A stretch of DNA of 56,338 bases from Candidatus Saccharimonadales bacterium (GTDB lineage: Bacteria > Patescibacteriota > Saccharimonadia > Saccharimonadales > JACQNP01). The stretch covers positions 1 through 56,338 of the forward strand of contig JBBSJL010000004.1 in assembly GCA_038257245.1 (NCBI GenBank), in the 5' to 3' direction. Numbering within the stretch: the stretch's first letter is position 1; each line of letters begins with the position of its first letter. Shown here piece after piece: positions 55,585-56,338 of the stretch. A model generated the notes under the pieces. It had not been told where the DNA came from. It worked only from the letters and a program-made list of their open reading frames with translations, and did no database searches. The position numbers and the translations under genes were made by a program.

Positions 55585-56338
55585 ATGAGTGATTCGATTA
55601 TAGTAAAAGGGGCGAGGGAACATAACCTCAAAAATATTGATGTTACTTTGCCGCGTAATAAATTGGTGGTGATTACCGGGCTATCTGGATCTGGTAAGTC
55701 ATCACTTGCCTTCGATACTATTTACGCCGAAGGCCAGAGGCGATACGTAGAATCGCTAAGCAGTTATGCTCGTCAATTCTTAGGATTAATGGAAAAACCT
55801 GATGTTGACCAAATAGATGGCCTGAGTCCAGCAATTAGTATCGATCAGAAGTCCACTAGTAGAAACCCAAGATCAAGTGTGGCGACAGTTACAGAGATCT
55901 ATGATTATATGCGTCTTTTGTATGCTCGAGTTGGAATCCCCCATTGTCCTGTTTGTAATAAATCAGTCGAAAGACAAACTCCGGCGGCGATTGTCGATCA
56001 AGTTATCGAAAATACTAAAAACGACAAAATAATTATTCTTGCCCCAGTTGTAGTAGATAAAAAAGGTGCATTTGAGCACATCCCAGAACAATATCAACGT
56101 GCAGGATTTGCTAGGGCCAGAGTAGACGGTGTGATTTATGCTTTAGATGAGTTTCCAGAATTAGACAAAAACTATAAACATAAAATAGAAATAGTAATCG
56201 ATCGATTAGTCAATAATGAAGAAAGCACAGGGCGCTTAACTCAATCCGTTGAGCAGGCGTTTGATATTGCTGATGGCAATGTAATAATTCTAGCTGCAGA
56301 TAATAAAAAAACACATCACTACAGTCTTCGGTATGCAT
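55585..56338 (+). CDS. uvrA: Excinuclease ABC subunit A, N-terminal part (runs off the window)
   Basis: Hand-translated as [64 protein letters not shown]. It is absent from the ORF track because no stop lies in the window. Confidence 0.9.
   Translation, partial: MSDSIIVKGAREHNLKNIDVTLPRNKLVVITGLSGSGKSSLAFDTIYAEGQRRYVESLSSYARQFLGLMEKPDVDQIDGLSPAISIDQKSTSRNPRSSVATVTEIYDYMRLLYARVGIPHCPVCNKSVERQTPAAIVDQVIENTKNDKIIILAPVVVDKKGAFEHIPEQYQRAGFARARVDGVIYALDEFPELDKNYKHKIEIVIDRLVNNEESTGRLTQSVEQAFDIADGNVIILAADNKKTHHYSLRYA

Overview
This is a gene-dense 56.3-kb window with about 60 protein genes, mostly on the + strand. GC is roughly 40% by eye. The standard genetic code applies, since TGA closes several normal-length genes. 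Housekeeping content and synteny point to a small-genome monoderm: pyk-pgk-tpiA, a RpfB/YabE-like gene next to rsmA, metG-tatD, alaS...ruvX-mltG, an atpFHAGDC block, obg, mnmA, uvrA, tmRNA and an RRM RNA-binding protein. Many proteins are domain-trimmed, and many secreted or anchored proteins carry no recognisable motif. My inference is Patescibacteria/CPR, Saccharibacteria-like. I cannot verify that without searches.

The main points of interest are:
1. A seven-gene locus (33.7-40.9 kb) encodes only signal-peptide or membrane-anchored proteins. It includes three paralogous secreted proteins with a shared C-terminal aromatic beta-strand motif, a DUF916/DUF3324-like (pilus-chaperone-like) anchored protein and a PKD-domain anchored protein. 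I read it as a candidate Csc/WxL-like surface-fibre or attachment system.
2. The atp operon has no a or c subunit gene. It is instead preceded by a 282-aa protein whose C-terminal hairpin looks like a c subunit without the ion-binding carboxylate.
3. A 362-aa intein interrupts motif III of UvrD/PcrA, and its endonuclease module does not look like LAGLIDADG.
4. The left-end accessory region carries an HKD nuclease, an HTH-Fic protein and a membrane-anchored flavoprotein. Two diverged direct repeats there encode mini-ORFs with a leader-plus-variable-tail pattern. A 37-nt palindrome-cored repeat also occurs twice.
5. The tmRNA has a non-canonical T-loop and an AT-rich gene islet next to it.
6. 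An extended -10 box sits 6-7 nt upstream of the ATG at several genes, suggesting leaderless mRNAs.

All family assignments come from motifs read by eye. None comes from a database search.
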